A DNA stretch of 64,000 nt, taken from the IMG/VR virus record IMGVR_UViG_3300042314_000343, positions 1 to 64,000 of that record, one strand, 5' to 3'. How positions within the stretch are numbered: the stretch's first letter is position 1; each line of letters opens with the position of its first letter. This document shows positions 8,053 through 17,936 of the stretch, piece by piece. Source of the stretch: a virus. Made by a program: the position numbers and the translations under genes. The notes under the pieces were generated by a model. That model searched no databases. It was given only the letters and a program-made list of their open reading frames with translations, and had not been told where the DNA came from.

Positions 8053-9966
8053 CTAGTGATGAGATAACGCATCATATTTTATAAATATCTTGTCGTATCC
8101 AGCATCCCTTAGATTCTGGCAGACAACAACCATCTCGCAATCAAACTCATTTGTCACATTGTTTATCCAACCATGCCTAACACCTTCTTGAAATGGTTTT
8201 GCCTTGTATAGGCATATTCCGTTAGATGTAGAATAGTACTCTCCATAAGATAGGTTTTCCCATCCAGGCTCAAGATCACTTCCGTTTGGATTGTATTCTG
8301 CTGTTACCCTTGTAGCCCAGCAGTCGTAGTGCTTCTTATTCTTTCTAACAGATACGGATGATACCACGTCAAAGTCTGGCTCTAGCATATGAAAGTCAAG
8401 AAGCTTTCTAACGTCAGAAGCATCGTAACGATTATCTCCCTCTACCATCAGAATTAGGTCAACGTTTTCTAAGAAGCCACCAGCAGTGATAGCTTTGTTT
8501 CTAGCATTAGACAGAATCTCAACACGCAGTGCGTCCTTTACGGATCCAAAATACGGGGTATTTATGTTCTCGCTAACAATAGATACGCCACTAAAGAACG
8601 ACCAGTCCTTTTGGAATATCTTTCTTTTGGTTCCGTCTGTAGAGTCATTCTCGTATAGAGAAAAATAAAACTCGTAGTCTGGACAAGCCTTGACAATTGA
8701 CTTTACCTGATCGTAATATCTGTCAATGCTGTTTTCGTTGTTGCGAATGATTGAGTATAGCAACACCTTTTTTCGTACCTTTGGGATTACTATGGCTGAT
8801 TCCTTTACAGGACTTAGCTTAATAATGTCGCCAACAAAGTTTTGGTAGTCTTTTTTTATAGCTTCCCAGTCATACTTCTCAAATACTTTCTTTGATCCAG
8901 AGACAAGCTTAGACACTACGGTCTCGTTAGACAGGGACCTGATGGCCTCTACGTTGCTCTTGGTGTCATTTGCTATAATCATTGAAAGACTTATCTCGTC
9001 TTCCTCAAAACCTCTTGCACCAACAGTAGATGTAATAATTGGGATAGAGTACCCCAACGCCTTCATCATCTTCAAGTGAGTTCCAGAGCCAGTCTCCATA
9101 GGGTTTATAAAGGCCAAAGACTCCTTAAAATACTCGTCAAGCTCTTCGTCTGGAATTCTACCCAGAATCTTAACGTTAGATGGTGCACCGTCCTTGGCTA
9201 CCCAGGCAGAGTCTCCACAAAGCAAGAACTCATAATCTGGAAGCTCCTTAGCAATTGGAATAATATTTTTTGCAGCTACTCCGTTTGGTGGATGTCCGCT
9301 ACCAACAAACATAATCTTATTAGACTTCATTCTGTTTGCAACTGGAACATCTTCGGATCTTGGTCCACCGTTTGGAACAAAGTGTGAGACAACCTTTGTG
9401 ATGTCATAGAATCCTGCCATCTTTGTCATGTCATCTGGGGAGCAGTAGGTCATTGCCACAGAGCCAGAGATTGCATTGCCTTCCATGCGAACTGTCTTGG
9501 CAATATCCTCAGACCCTTTAGGGTAAAGCTGGTGTGCCATATATGCCTCACAGTTGTGTGAGTTATAGATTACTGGGGTATCCCCCACATCAGCTATAAA
9601 TGGGGAGGATGATGCATGGTCAACAATTACTAGGTCAGAGGTCTCGGCAAGCTCCTTGACCTTGGCACGGTATTTCTTTAAATAGTTAAAGAATCTTTGT
9701 ATTGCCAGGTCTCTGTTTCTACTGCTAGACTGATTCACATAAACTCTTTGATTCTTTAGAACAGAGTACTCTACGCCAACATGAACGTGACGAACATTTC
9801 CCAGCTCTGTTCTGTCAAACTCTTCGCTGTCCCAGCCAAAAGACAGGACGGTTACGTTGTGATCGGTCAGTGCCTCAATTAGTGTAACAGTCCTTTCGGC
9901 ACCACCACTTTCTTTGTGCAGTGTAGCTTTGCCAAGGTTGGCGGTTAGTACAAGTATGTTTGCCAT
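8053..9966 (-). CDS. Two-domain glycosyltransferase (GT4/GT-B N-terminal + CAP59-like GT-A C-terminal)
   Basis: SGGAER, HNCE, GSGTHLKMMKAL/PIITSTVG GT4 motifs; YENDSTDGT, ARNKA, YDCWATR, DCE second domain. Confidence 0.85.
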   Translation of the reverse strand: MANILVLTANLGKATLHKESGGAERTVTLIEALTDHNVTVLSFGWDSEEFDRTELGNVRHVHVGVEYSVLKNQRVYVNQSSSRNRDLAIQRFFNYLKKYRAKVKELAETSDLVIVDHASSSPFIADVGDTPVIYNSHNCEAYMAHQLYPKGSEDIAKTVRMEGNAISGSVAMTYCSPDDMTKMAGFYDITKVVSHFVPNGGPRSEDVPVANRMKSNKIMFVGSGHPPNGVAAKNIIPIAKELPDYEFLLCGDSAWVAKDGAPSNVKILGRIPDEELDEYFKESLAFINPMETGSGTHLKMMKALGYSIPIITSTVGARGFEEDEISLSMIIANDTKSNVEAIRSLSNETVVSKLVSGSKKVFEKYDWEAIKKDYQNFVGDIIKLSPVKESAIVIPKVRKKVLLYSIIRNNENSIDRYYDQVKSIVKACPDYEFYFSLYENDSTDGTKRKIFQKDWSFFSGVSIVSENINTPYFGSVKDALRVEILSNARNKAITAGGFLENVDLILMVEGDNRYDASDVRKLLDFHMLEPDFDVVSSVSVRKNKKHYDCWATRVTAEYNPNGSDLEPGWENLSYGEYYSTSNGICLYKAKPFQEGVRHGWINNVTNEFDCEMVVVCQNLRDAGYDKIFIKYDALSHH

Positions 9967-10015
9967 ATATAAACTTTCAGTAGACTTATATTATATCATT
10001 AGTGTATAATGAAAT

Positions 10016-10110
10016 AGTCCTCACACAGGGCAAGGCAACTTTTGTTATCTTAGGATGAGTAGTTACCATTTTATGCTGGGCAACGCCAAGGTTTCTGTGT
10101 GGGGATTTTT
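10016..10110 (+). ncRNA. Candidate stand-alone small RNA
   Basis: Starts 6 nt after TATAAT (10005); 13-bp closing stem with two G-U pairs; ends in T-run; no ORF. Confidence 0.6.
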
Positions 10111-10133
10111 AATTACCGTGGTATAATATCAGC

Positions 10134-10415
10134 ATGACTACACACGCACTTACTACCCTGTCAAGTACGACAGCTACCAGGCTTACTCCAAACGGACTAC
10201 ACTCTGGAATGGACATTACAATTCAAAATGTTCACGAATCTGCTACCGTCTATGTTGGTGGAGAAGGAGTGACGTCCTCTAACTACGGATACCGCCTTCT
10301 CGCTGGTAACGCTATCTCATTTGAACTTCCAGGAAGGGATGCCCTTTATGCAATTACATCTACCAACAACTCTCAAGTTGCCATCATTAAGACAAATCTG
10401 GAAGCTGGTAACTAG
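10134..10415 (+). CDS. Hypothetical (virion-associated) protein
   Basis: Leaderless ORF after TGGTATAAT. Confidence 0.7.
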   Translation: MTTHALTTLSSTTATRLTPNGLHSGMDITIQNVHESATVYVGGEGVTSSNYGYRLLAGNAISFELPGRDALYAITSTNNSQVAIIKTNLEAGN

Positions 10416-10990
10416 TGGCTAGGTTTAGTGGCAGCTCTGGTGGTGGAGAAGGTACCGTAGGACCACAAGGCCCAGCAGGTGCAGACGGAGCAGATGGTGC
10501 CCCAGGAGCTGACGGTGCTGATGGTGCAAGCGGAACTTCTGGTCTAGAAACTTCGACAAGATACACACCAACCTTCACGGCAACTGGTCTAACATTTACT
10601 GGAACAGGTGCAACTCACCCTACCTATAATTCATACTACGTTAAGGCAGGCAAACTAGTTAGTTTTGTTATTGAGGTTGACCTATCTACCGTGACAAATT
10701 TTGGAACTGGTCAATACAAACTTCAACTACCGTTTACTCCGCAGTTTGGCTTCAACCACTTCTCTGGTTGGATTTGGGCTGATCCAAACGTTTCCCCAGA
10801 TGTTGGAACTGGTCACACAATTCTTAATGCCGATACAGCAGGAGTCACTGATGTTCTAGATTTGCACTACCTAAAGCAAAGTGGTGGGGCAAACTCCCCA
10901 ATTAGAGAAGGTCTGTTTGTCCAGGGTACTCCAGTAACACTATCAACCATTAGCAAAATTTATGTTAATGGTACCTATATCGCAGAGTAA
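10415..10990 (+). CDS. Short collagen-repeat fibre protein
   Basis: GPQGPAGADGADG repeats followed by beta-rich tip domain. Confidence 0.7.
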   Translation: MARFSGSSGGGEGTVGPQGPAGADGADGAPGADGADGASGTSGLETSTRYTPTFTATGLTFTGTGATHPTYNSYYVKAGKLVSFVIEVDLSTVTNFGTGQYKLQLPFTPQFGFNHFSGWIWADPNVSPDVGTGHTILNADTAGVTDVLDLHYLKQSGGANSPIREGLFVQGTPVTLSTISKIYVNGTYIAE

Positions 10991-11005
10991 TGGTATAATA
11001 TACTC

Positions 11006-11932
11006 ATGCCATATCACGTTGGAGAAAAGGGATCGTACGGTTGCTCAGGCTACCCTGCCCTAAAAGATGACGGTACCGTAATGGGTTGCCACACCACAGC
11101 TGAAGAAGCTGCTAATCAAATCTATGCCATTAACCAGTCTGAAGGTAACGTGGATAAGGTTGCCCCATGCTGGGATGGATATACTCAGCGAGGCATGAAG
11201 CCAGGAGAAGGTGGGAAGATGGTTCCAAATTGTATTCCAGTAAGTAAAGCGAACCGTGCAATTGTTGAAGGCGACTACGTAATGGGCGGTACCTCAGAAG
11301 GTATCGTAGTTGGACAGGTAGAGCACATTATGACTGAAGGTGGGACATATGGCACACCAGGAACAGAATACGCTATTGAGTCAACCCCAGAGAACCCAGC
11401 TATGGCTGTAAGAATGTTTGAGCAGGAAGAAGATGGTAAGTATTGCCCAACTGCATACTCAATCGGTATGCTATACAATAGTGCTACTCTGGTAGACATT
11501 GAAATTGAAGAAGAGGAAGATGATGAATATGAAGATGACATGGAAAAGGCTGAAGGCTATTCTCCTCCTGCTGGTGCCAGGTCTGCTGCTCGTCGTGCTA
11601 TTAAGTTCAAGGAAGACGGGAAAGCAAACGGTGCAGGGACTGCTGTTGGATGGACTAGAGCTAGACAGTTGGCTAATGGAGAGACACTCTCGCTCAGCAC
11701 GGTAAAGCGTATGTACTCTTACTTCTCTCGTCACGAGGTTGACAAGAAGGGTAAGGATTGGGCAAACCAGGCTAACCCATCTAACGGATATATCATGTGG
11801 CTTGCTTGGGGTGGAGATGCTGGCTTCAGCTGGTCTCGTGGAATTGTAAATAGAATGAAGGACAAGTCACTCTTTGCAGACTTTGGCAAGGACTACACTC
11901 GCTCTGAGAAGCTAGATCAGCCGTTTCTATAA
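11006..11932 (+). CDS. Multi-domain phage protein (head-associated-like)
   Basis: CWDGY...VPNCIP module; GTAVGWTRARQLANG...TVKRMYSYFSRH domain. Confidence 0.7.
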   Translation: MPYHVGEKGSYGCSGYPALKDDGTVMGCHTTAEEAANQIYAINQSEGNVDKVAPCWDGYTQRGMKPGEGGKMVPNCIPVSKANRAIVEGDYVMGGTSEGIVVGQVEHIMTEGGTYGTPGTEYAIESTPENPAMAVRMFEQEEDGKYCPTAYSIGMLYNSATLVDIEIEEEEDDEYEDDMEKAEGYSPPAGARSAARRAIKFKEDGKANGAGTAVGWTRARQLANGETLSLSTVKRMYSYFSRHEVDKKGKDWANQANPSNGYIMWLAWGGDAGFSWSRGIVNRMKDKSLFADFGKDYTRSEKLDQPFL

Positions 11933-12091
11933 TTCGGGGGTAGTGATATACCCCTCTAATATTGATTTAAGCTCAGCTATGTATTTATCATAGTCAATTG
12001 ACAGAATCATGTTGTCATTATCAATATGAAGAACCTTTATTTCTTTGCCAAGATTAAACAAAACTTGCTCAATCTGTTCTTCAAGACTCAT
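11927..12091 (-). CDS. Hypothetical protein
   Basis: Downstream ATG (MSLEEQIEQ) coupled to the upstream HNH gene. Confidence 0.5.
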   Translation of the reverse strand: MSLEEQIEQVLFNLGKEIKVLHIDNDNMILSIDYDKYIAELKSILEGYITTPEL

Positions 12092-12362
12092 TTTCCTGTT
12101 CCCTCTGATAGCTTCTGATCTTGTGACAGTTTGCACACACTACTTCGCACTTTGCAACCTCTTTCCAGGCCATCTCTTCTCCATAGTTTCTTAGAACACG
12201 ATAAACAACATCAATCTTTTGGAATCCAGGCATATGGTCAAACTCAAGAACATAGTGTGGGTAATGACTTCTACAGTCAGCACAGCCTTTTTTCTCTTTA
12301 TAGAGGTGTAATTCCTCTAACACCGAAGCTACAGCTTTACGGTGCTTAGCCGTTTTTACCAT
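12081..12362 (-). CDS. HNH-like endonuclease
   Basis: CADC...LEFDH...CEVVCANCH. Confidence 0.8.
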   Translation of the reverse strand: MVKTAKHRKAVASVLEELHLYKEKKGCADCRSHYPHYVLEFDHMPGFQKIDVVYRVLRNYGEEMAWKEVAKCEVVCANCHKIRSYQREQENES

Positions 12363-12462
12363 ATATTACAATTATATCACCCAATTAAAGGTTGACTTTG
12401 AGGCAGGTAGCTGGTATCATTGTCTTATTCTAAAGTAACAACTACATGAGTTAGGAACCCAA

Positions 12463-12750
12463 GTGATTAAACCGCTTGAAGACAAGGTAGTGGTACGTCC
12501 TATCAAAGAGGCAGAGACCACCACATCATCTGGATTTATCATTCAGAGAAGCACTGACGAGAAGCCGTCAGAAGGTATCGTAGAGGCAGTTGGCCCAGGT
12601 ATCATATTCCCAAATGGCACAAAGCTAGAGATTGACCTAAAGCCAGGTCAGAAGGTAGCCTACTCTAAGTATTCGGGTACGGAGTATGAAGACCTACTAA
12701 TTCTGCCATATAAGGACATCTTTGCAGTAATTGAGGAGAGCAATGACTGA
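12463..12750 (+). CDS. groES: Co-chaperonin GroES
   Basis: IKPLEDKVVV, TSSG, VEAVGPG, YSKYSGTE motifs. Confidence 0.93.
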   Translation: MIKPLEDKVVVRPIKEAETTTSSGFIIQRSTDEKPSEGIVEAVGPGIIFPNGTKLEIDLKPGQKVAYSKYSGTEYEDLLILPYKDIFAVIEESND

Positions 12751-13036
12751 TCGTCTTAGTGCATTTAAGCAGCTTGCTTCGCCACACTACGAAGGAGCAC
12801 TAGAGGTTCTTGTTAAGAAGCAGAGCGACTATGGTCCAAAGAACATCTCTTTGGCTCCAGGCGGACCACTCAATGGACTTCGTGTTCGCATGCATGACAA
12901 GATGTCCCGTATCAATCACCTGATTGATAGCGGTGCTACACCAGAGAACGAAAGTCTGAGAGACAGCTTCTTAGATATGCTCAACTATAGCGTAATTGCA
13001 ATGATGGTACTAGATGGGGATTGGCCAACAGAATGA
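12743..13036 (+). CDS. DUF1599/nucleotide-modification-associated domain protein
   Basis: KQSDYG...RMHDKMSR...ESLRDSFLDMLNYS (MazG-like helical fold). Confidence 0.7.
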   Translation: MTDRLSAFKQLASPHYEGALEVLVKKQSDYGPKNISLAPGGPLNGLRVRMHDKMSRINHLIDSGATPENESLRDSFLDMLNYSVIAMMVLDGDWPTE

Positions 13037-13746
13037 CAGTATATATTAGAACAACACCAGAGCCAGTAAACGTTCTTGATGAAGGATACGTTAGACTTGT
13101 AGACGTCTTGGGAGACGACCTTTCAGTAGTGAATGCTGCAAGAGTATCCTACGATAAGGAGTCTACAGATTTTTCTGAGAAGGATGCTAAGCTAATTAAC
13201 TTCCTATTGCGTGAGAAGCACACCAGTCCTTTTAGACATGCTGCACTCACCTTTGAAGTCTATGCTCCGCTTTTTGTGGCACGGCAATGGTGGAAGTATG
13301 CAGTGGCATCAAGCCATGTTGATGACCAGAATGGTTGGAACGAGTCTTCACGTAGATACATTACGGAAGAAGAGAAGTTCTATGTCCCATTGCCAAATGA
13401 ATGGCGTTCAAAGCCAGAGAATAGCAAGCAGGGATCTGGGGAGCCAGTAGACGAGAAGATCGGTGAGAAGCACTTCAGCAGGCTTTGTGAGGCTGTTGTG
13501 CTAGGTGTAGACAACTATCACCAGGCACTTGAAGATGGTATTGCTCCAGAGATTGCTAGACTATTCCTGCCTGCATATGGCATGTATGTACGCTGGCGTT
13601 GGACGGTATCTCTACAGGGAGTGCTAACCTTCCTGGACCAGAGACTAGAGCATGATGCCCAATACGAGATTCAGAAGTATGCGGAGGCAGTTCTTGAGCT
13701 AACCAAGGACGCATTCCCACAAACGATTGCTGCTCTTTACGAGTAG
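13033..13746 (+). CDS. thyX: Flavin-dependent thymidylate synthase
   Basis: VNAARVSY, HTSPF, FVARQW, NESSRRY, ARLFLP, HDAQYEI. Confidence 0.93.
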   Translation: MTVYIRTTPEPVNVLDEGYVRLVDVLGDDLSVVNAARVSYDKESTDFSEKDAKLINFLLREKHTSPFRHAALTFEVYAPLFVARQWWKYAVASSHVDDQNGWNESSRRYITEEEKFYVPLPNEWRSKPENSKQGSGEPVDEKIGEKHFSRLCEAVVLGVDNYHQALEDGIAPEIARLFLPAYGMYVRWRWTVSLQGVLTFLDQRLEHDAQYEIQKYAEAVLELTKDAFPQTIAALYE

Positions 13747-13752
13747 CAGTTG

Positions 13753-13826
13753 GGGGTGTTAGCTCAGCTGGTTAGAGCAAACGACTCATAATCGTTCGGT
13801 CGTGGGTTCAAGTCCCACACACCCCA
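13753..13826 (+). tRNA. tRNA-CAT (elongator Met or Ile2)
   Basis: AACGA-CTCATAA-TCGTT; paired 1:72 so not initiator. Confidence 0.9.
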
Positions 13827-13871
13827 CGTCGCCATAGGGTATAATTAGTATTATAGATAGGAGTAAGTTAG

Positions 13872-14261
13872 GTGAGTTATAAAGAAGATATTTTAAGACT
13901 GAGGCTAGAAGGAAAAACCTATAGCCAGATCAGTGAAGAGCTTGGTTGCTCAAAGGGAACAATCGCATACTATATGAAACAGCAAAATGAGGAAGAGGTT
14001 ACTGTGTCAGACATCAACAATGAGTTCTACAGCAAGGTTATTGCATACGTTGATAACTTTAAGGAGAAGCGACCATGTAATGATTGTGGACAATACCTCC
14101 ACAAGAGTCAGCTAGATGCACTATCGCCATCAGCTCTTCATGAGATTGCCAGTGCTGTTTTTGATAAGAAAACTTTTGAAGAGTCAAAGCGTAGGATTTC
14201 GCAGCTAAAGTTTGTTTGTGCTAACTGCAACAGGCTAAGAGAGTTTAAGGCTAACAATTAG
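13872..14261 (+). CDS. HTH + degenerate HNH protein
   Basis: GKTYSQISEELGCSKGTIAY HTH; CNDC...VCANCN. Confidence 0.7.
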   Translation: MSYKEDILRLRLEGKTYSQISEELGCSKGTIAYYMKQQNEEEVTVSDINNEFYSKVIAYVDNFKEKRPCNDCGQYLHKSQLDALSPSALHEIASAVFDKKTFEESKRRISQLKFVCANCNRLREFKANN

Positions 14262-14267
14262 TCAAAA

Positions 14268-14340
14268 GCCCTCGTAGCTCAGTGGATAGAGCAAGAGCCT
14301 TCTAATCTCTTGGTCGCAGGTTCGATTCCTGCCGAGGGCA
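14268..14340 (+). tRNA. tRNA-Arg(TCT)
   Basis: GCCCTCG/CGAGGGC acceptor, CT-TCT-AA loop. Confidence 0.9.
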
Positions 14341-15027
14341 CTCGTATTTAGACGGCTCAGGAAACATCTCTAACAAGACACCATTCTTTATGGTCTCAAA
14401 TGACTGATCATCTGATGATATAAACACCAGGCTTTGGTCTTCCATTGACGGCGATCTTTTGCTTAGCTTGCTTCTTGGGTTGTATTTCTTTACATCTGCC
14501 ATTGCTTTGCCACCAACACTAAATAGATTGCCATACATTGATCTGGGTAGGTATCCGTTTATCATTACGGAAAGCAGTTTCTTTTTGTTGAATTGCATGG
14601 GCACGTGAATGTCGTAATCTATTGGCCTATCTATGCCCTTGGATATAATCTTCATGTTTGTTTTAGATAACAGGGATATGTAGGCATTTGATGAGCCAAC
14701 CAGGCTCCTGTATTCGTCTATCTTATCTGACAGATAGCCACCATGCATCTTTGGAATTCTTTTGAGTGGCTTTAATAGAAAGAAGTCATCGTTCATAAAC
14801 ACAAAGTTTGACGATATGGCTGGGGTATTGCAGGCATAAGCAAGACAATTAGATATGTTTAAGAACTTGTTGCCAATATCCTCTACTGGAATAAAGTCAC
14901 CACAATACCAGGATGGCCTGTATCCAACCACAACAACATTGTGCCCTGGCAAATTCTTTTCTATTGATCTAAGGGAATACTTTAACTCTTCGTTTTCACC
15001 CTTACGACATACGTATACTAAGTCCAA
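14302..15027 (-). CDS. Stealth-family (hexose-phosphotransferase)-like protein
   Basis: DLVY, EELKYSLRS, FVFMNDDFF and HVP motifs. Confidence 0.7.
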   Translation of the reverse strand: MDLVYVCRKGENEELKYSLRSIEKNLPGHNVVVVGYRPSWYCGDFIPVEDIGNKFLNISNCLAYACNTPAISSNFVFMNDDFFLLKPLKRIPKMHGGYLSDKIDEYRSLVGSSNAYISLLSKTNMKIISKGIDRPIDYDIHVPMQFNKKKLLSVMINGYLPRSMYGNLFSVGGKAMADVKKYNPRSKLSKRSPSMEDQSLVFISSDDQSFETIKNGVLLEMFPEPSKYECPRQESNLRPRD

Positions 15028-15028
15028 A

Positions 15029-15241
15029 TTAATAACTTTCTGCTATGGTTTGCCAAAGCCAAGATATTGTTTCTTCAGCAACGTAGTCGTTTTCCTTCTG
15101 CTTCTGCATCATGATTTCTCTCATTGCTTCAAAGATCCTAAATCTTTCTAGCTGGCTGGACAAGTAGAATATCTGCTCTCCATCAGTACCAATCCTATTA
15201 ATGAGATTGTGAAGTTCTAGCAAGATTTCTTCCTTATCCAT
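15029..15241 (-). CDS. Hypothetical protein
   Basis: Leaderless after - strand TATAAT. Confidence 0.6.
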   Translation of the reverse strand: MDKEEILLELHNLINRIGTDGEQIFYLSSQLERFRIFEAMREIMMQKQKENDYVAEETISWLWQTIAESY

Positions 15242-15276
15242 AAAGCAATTATACCAGGGTATGGTATAATTTATAT

Positions 15277-15462
15277 ATGAATAACTGTCCAGCTTGTGGG
15301 GATGCCCTAGTAAACATTATCTATGGAGTACCTGGTCAGCGTCTGATTGACATAGCTAAGACTGGTGACATAGTTCTGGGAGGAACCCCTTCTGGACCAA
15401 GAGCAGAGTATTTTTGCACATCATGCAATGAAGAATACAGCAAAACAGAAAGCCCATCTTAA
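15277..15462 (+). CDS. Small zinc-ribbon protein
   Basis: CPAC...IIYG...CTSC. Confidence 0.7.
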   Translation: MNNCPACGDALVNIIYGVPGQRLIDIAKTGDIVLGGTPSGPRAEYFCTSCNEEYSKTESPS

Positions 15463-15686
15463 TGGATATTAACAATCTCGCAAACATGCGACTAACAGAT
15501 TTTGAACAGCTTGGAAAAGCACAATATAACAGTGGCTTTGTGGCTGCTATGGATGCTATGATTAAGCTACTAGAGGGCCAGACAGAAGAGAACTGCATAG
15601 CAGGAGAGAGCTGTTCGGACCCAGGATACGACAAGATGCTAGAGATCATAGAGGGATTGAAGATAGCCAGACTAAATCTGGTATAA
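15462..15686 (+). CDS. Hypothetical protein
   Basis: Coupled ORF. Confidence 0.6.
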   Translation: MDINNLANMRLTDFEQLGKAQYNSGFVAAMDAMIKLLEGQTEENCIAGESCSDPGYDKMLEIIEGLKIARLNLV

Positions 15687-15906
15687 GTTCAACAAATAAA
15701 TGATGGCTGTTCAATTGACACCATCAGCCTTTAGTGGTAAAATATAGTAATGCAATCAAAGTTCAAATTTCCAATATACGAAGATAGAGTTTATACTCTA
15801 AGGTATGACGGATTTGAGCTGGAGGTTACTGGTGAAGCCATCCTAGCACAGTTTCGTAGGCAAGCTTTTATGTTAGATTTTATTGAACAGTTAGACAAGG
15901 AAAAAG

Positions 15907-16320
15907 ATGAGTAGCTTTCAGTCAGAGTCTACCAAATCTGGCAACAGTTTTGAGGACTTGGTGCTATCAGATCTTTCAAAGTACGGTGCAAAAGACATAA
16001 CAAAGAACTTCGTACTTGATGACGTTGGTGTAGAGGCAGACTTTTACTTCCTAGACGGTGTTGGAAGAAAGTTTTATGTAGAGGCCAAGGGTGGCGAAGC
16101 TGGTCCAAACAAGCGTCCAGGAGCCAAGAGAACTGACAATGTAAAGAAGGCTGTGGCTAACGGGGCATTGATCAAGGCAGCACACCCAGAGTCACAGTTT
16201 CTGATATACTTTTCTGAGTTACCAAAGTTTGGCAGCTCATCACACAAAATGATAAAGAACGCTGTTATGGCAGGGTACGTTGACGGAGTAAGGTATTTGA
16301 TTAAGTATGAACAAAATTAA
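15907..16320 (+). CDS. PD-(D/E)xK nuclease-like protein
   Basis: GNSFE, EADF, VEAKGG motifs. Confidence 0.65.
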   Translation: MSSFQSESTKSGNSFEDLVLSDLSKYGAKDITKNFVLDDVGVEADFYFLDGVGRKFYVEAKGGEAGPNKRPGAKRTDNVKKAVANGALIKAAHPESQFLIYFSELPKFGSSSHKMIKNAVMAGYVDGVRYLIKYEQN

Positions 16321-16525
16321 CACAGACATTCAGAATGCAAAGTGGCACACTCTTTGGAAGAAGCGTATGGCACAGGGCAAGCCACGTGAGGGCGACTACA
16401 ACTTTGTAGTATGGAAGAATGGTGGAGAGCTTGTGGTTGAGCCTTGGACTAGGTCTGAGCCACCGTCAGTATTCACAAATGGTGAATGGGTAGCCTTAGC
16501 AGGCGACTATAGAGAGGAAGACTAA
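16307..16525 (+). CDS. Hypothetical protein
   Basis: Coupled ORF. Confidence 0.6.
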   Translation: MNKINTDIQNAKWHTLWKKRMAQGKPREGDYNFVVWKNGGELVVEPWTRSEPPSVFTNGEWVALAGDYREED

Positions 16526-16762
16526 TGGCAGCAAAGACCAAGGGGAATAGAAACTCCGAACGACAGAATGGCAAGGCGGCCAAGAAAAGCCCAAAGGTGT
16601 TTGATCCACAGAAGAGACGCCTGGTAAAGAAATAATGAGCCAGTTTGAATACTCAGTTGGCTTGGCAAGACCGAGAACTGATGAAGAATTTTATGCCTTG
16701 GTTGTAGAGTATCTTAAGAATAAAGCCTTGACACAAGAGGCTTCTGACGATACAATTGATGT

Positions 16763-16975
16763 ATGATATTTGTACAAGCCAAGCGTGATACATACATTAA
16801 CCTAATGAAGAACATGGATGCAGAGACTGCAATCCCAAAAGGTACTCGCATGTTCCTAATTACATCCGATAAGCAAACTAAATACCTAGAGCCTAGGGAG
16901 ATCTGTGTCTATACACCAGAACTTGGGCTAAACTACACATACGAAGGAGACTGGGAAGATGCCAAAAGTTTTTAA
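16763..16975 (+). CDS. Hypothetical protein
   Basis: Leaderless after TTGACA-N17-TACAAT. Confidence 0.65.
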   Translation: MIFVQAKRDTYINLMKNMDAETAIPKGTRMFLITSDKQTKYLEPREICVYTPELGLNYTYEGDWEDAKSF

Positions 16976-17177
16976 AAGAAAGAAGCTAAACAACGCATAC
17001 AATGACGGCTGGTTTGACGGCTATGCCGAGGGCGTTGGTACTGGAATGATTGAGGCTATCGGTATTCTAGAAACACAGCAGGAGAAGTTTGGCGGTATCG
17101 CTGCCATTGACGACCTAATCAAACTAATTAATAATAAGACAGCTATCACGGTCCAGAGCTACAGGGATGACACGTGA
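16959..17177 (+). CDS. Hypothetical protein (paralog of 17618-17839)
   Basis: Shares GMxEAIGIL...IDDLIKLI with the downstream ORF. Confidence 0.65.
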   Translation: MPKVFKRKKLNNAYNDGWFDGYAEGVGTGMIEAIGILETQQEKFGGIAAIDDLIKLINNKTAITVQSYRDDT

Positions 17178-17392
17178 GAACACCAATCATGAGCAAGGTT
17201 CTTCGGTATGAAAAGAGTTCCTGGAATTTTGGAGGAGCTTTAGTATTCTTTGACAAGGCTTCGCTTTACCTAGGAAGAACAGATCACTGGGGCATTGGTG
17301 CAAACATTAACTTCTATGACAGATCATTCACATTTGAGATACTAAACCTTTATATGGGCATAGAGTTCTGGCATTCAGAGGGAGAAAACTAA
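17174..17392 (+). CDS. Hypothetical protein
   Basis: Coupled ORF. Confidence 0.6.
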   Translation: MRTPIMSKVLRYEKSSWNFGGALVFFDKASLYLGRTDHWGIGANINFYDRSFTFEILNLYMGIEFWHSEGEN

Positions 17393-17617
17393 TGGCTAAG
17401 ATGGCAAGCCTACACGCAGAAGGCTATACGGACAAAGAGCTAGAAGAGATGAGCGAAGCTGAGCTCGTTGAAATTTTAGAAGACATTTTAATAGATTAAG
17501 TTCGGGCGTAAAATTCGGCGGTAAATAAGAGATGGTTACAAGCACAAGTGCTTGACATTCTCTAGTATTCCCTGTATACTTTCATTAAACAAACAATATC
17601 TTTCATTTAAGGAAAGC

Positions 17618-17839
17618 ATGAAGAAAAAGAAACTAAAGCAGTTAGAAATTGACCTAAAAGAAAGACACCATGAAGTCTGGAATTCTGGGTTTAATGCAGG
17701 TATCCAAATTGGCATGTACGAAGCCATTGGCATTCTAATGTTCCAAGCAGATAACCATGGTAACGTAGCAGGTATTGATGATCTAATTAAACTAATTAGA
17801 GAAGACATTGAGAAGGTAGCAGGGAGTTACGGTATCTAA
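17618..17839 (+). CDS. Hypothetical protein (paralog of 16959-17177)
   Basis: ATG after AAGGAAAG; the track start at 17552 is the -35 box of its promoter. Confidence 0.65.
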   Translation: MKKKKLKQLEIDLKERHHEVWNSGFNAGIQIGMYEAIGILMFQADNHGNVAGIDDLIKLIREDIEKVAGSYGI

Positions 17840-17936
17840 TGGATTTTATGAGAGAAGCACTAGGACCTGGCTGGGCATATTATGTAGCCTTTGGCATTCT
17901 ATTTGTATGGTGGGTGTTAGTAAAGGTAAGTAAGTA

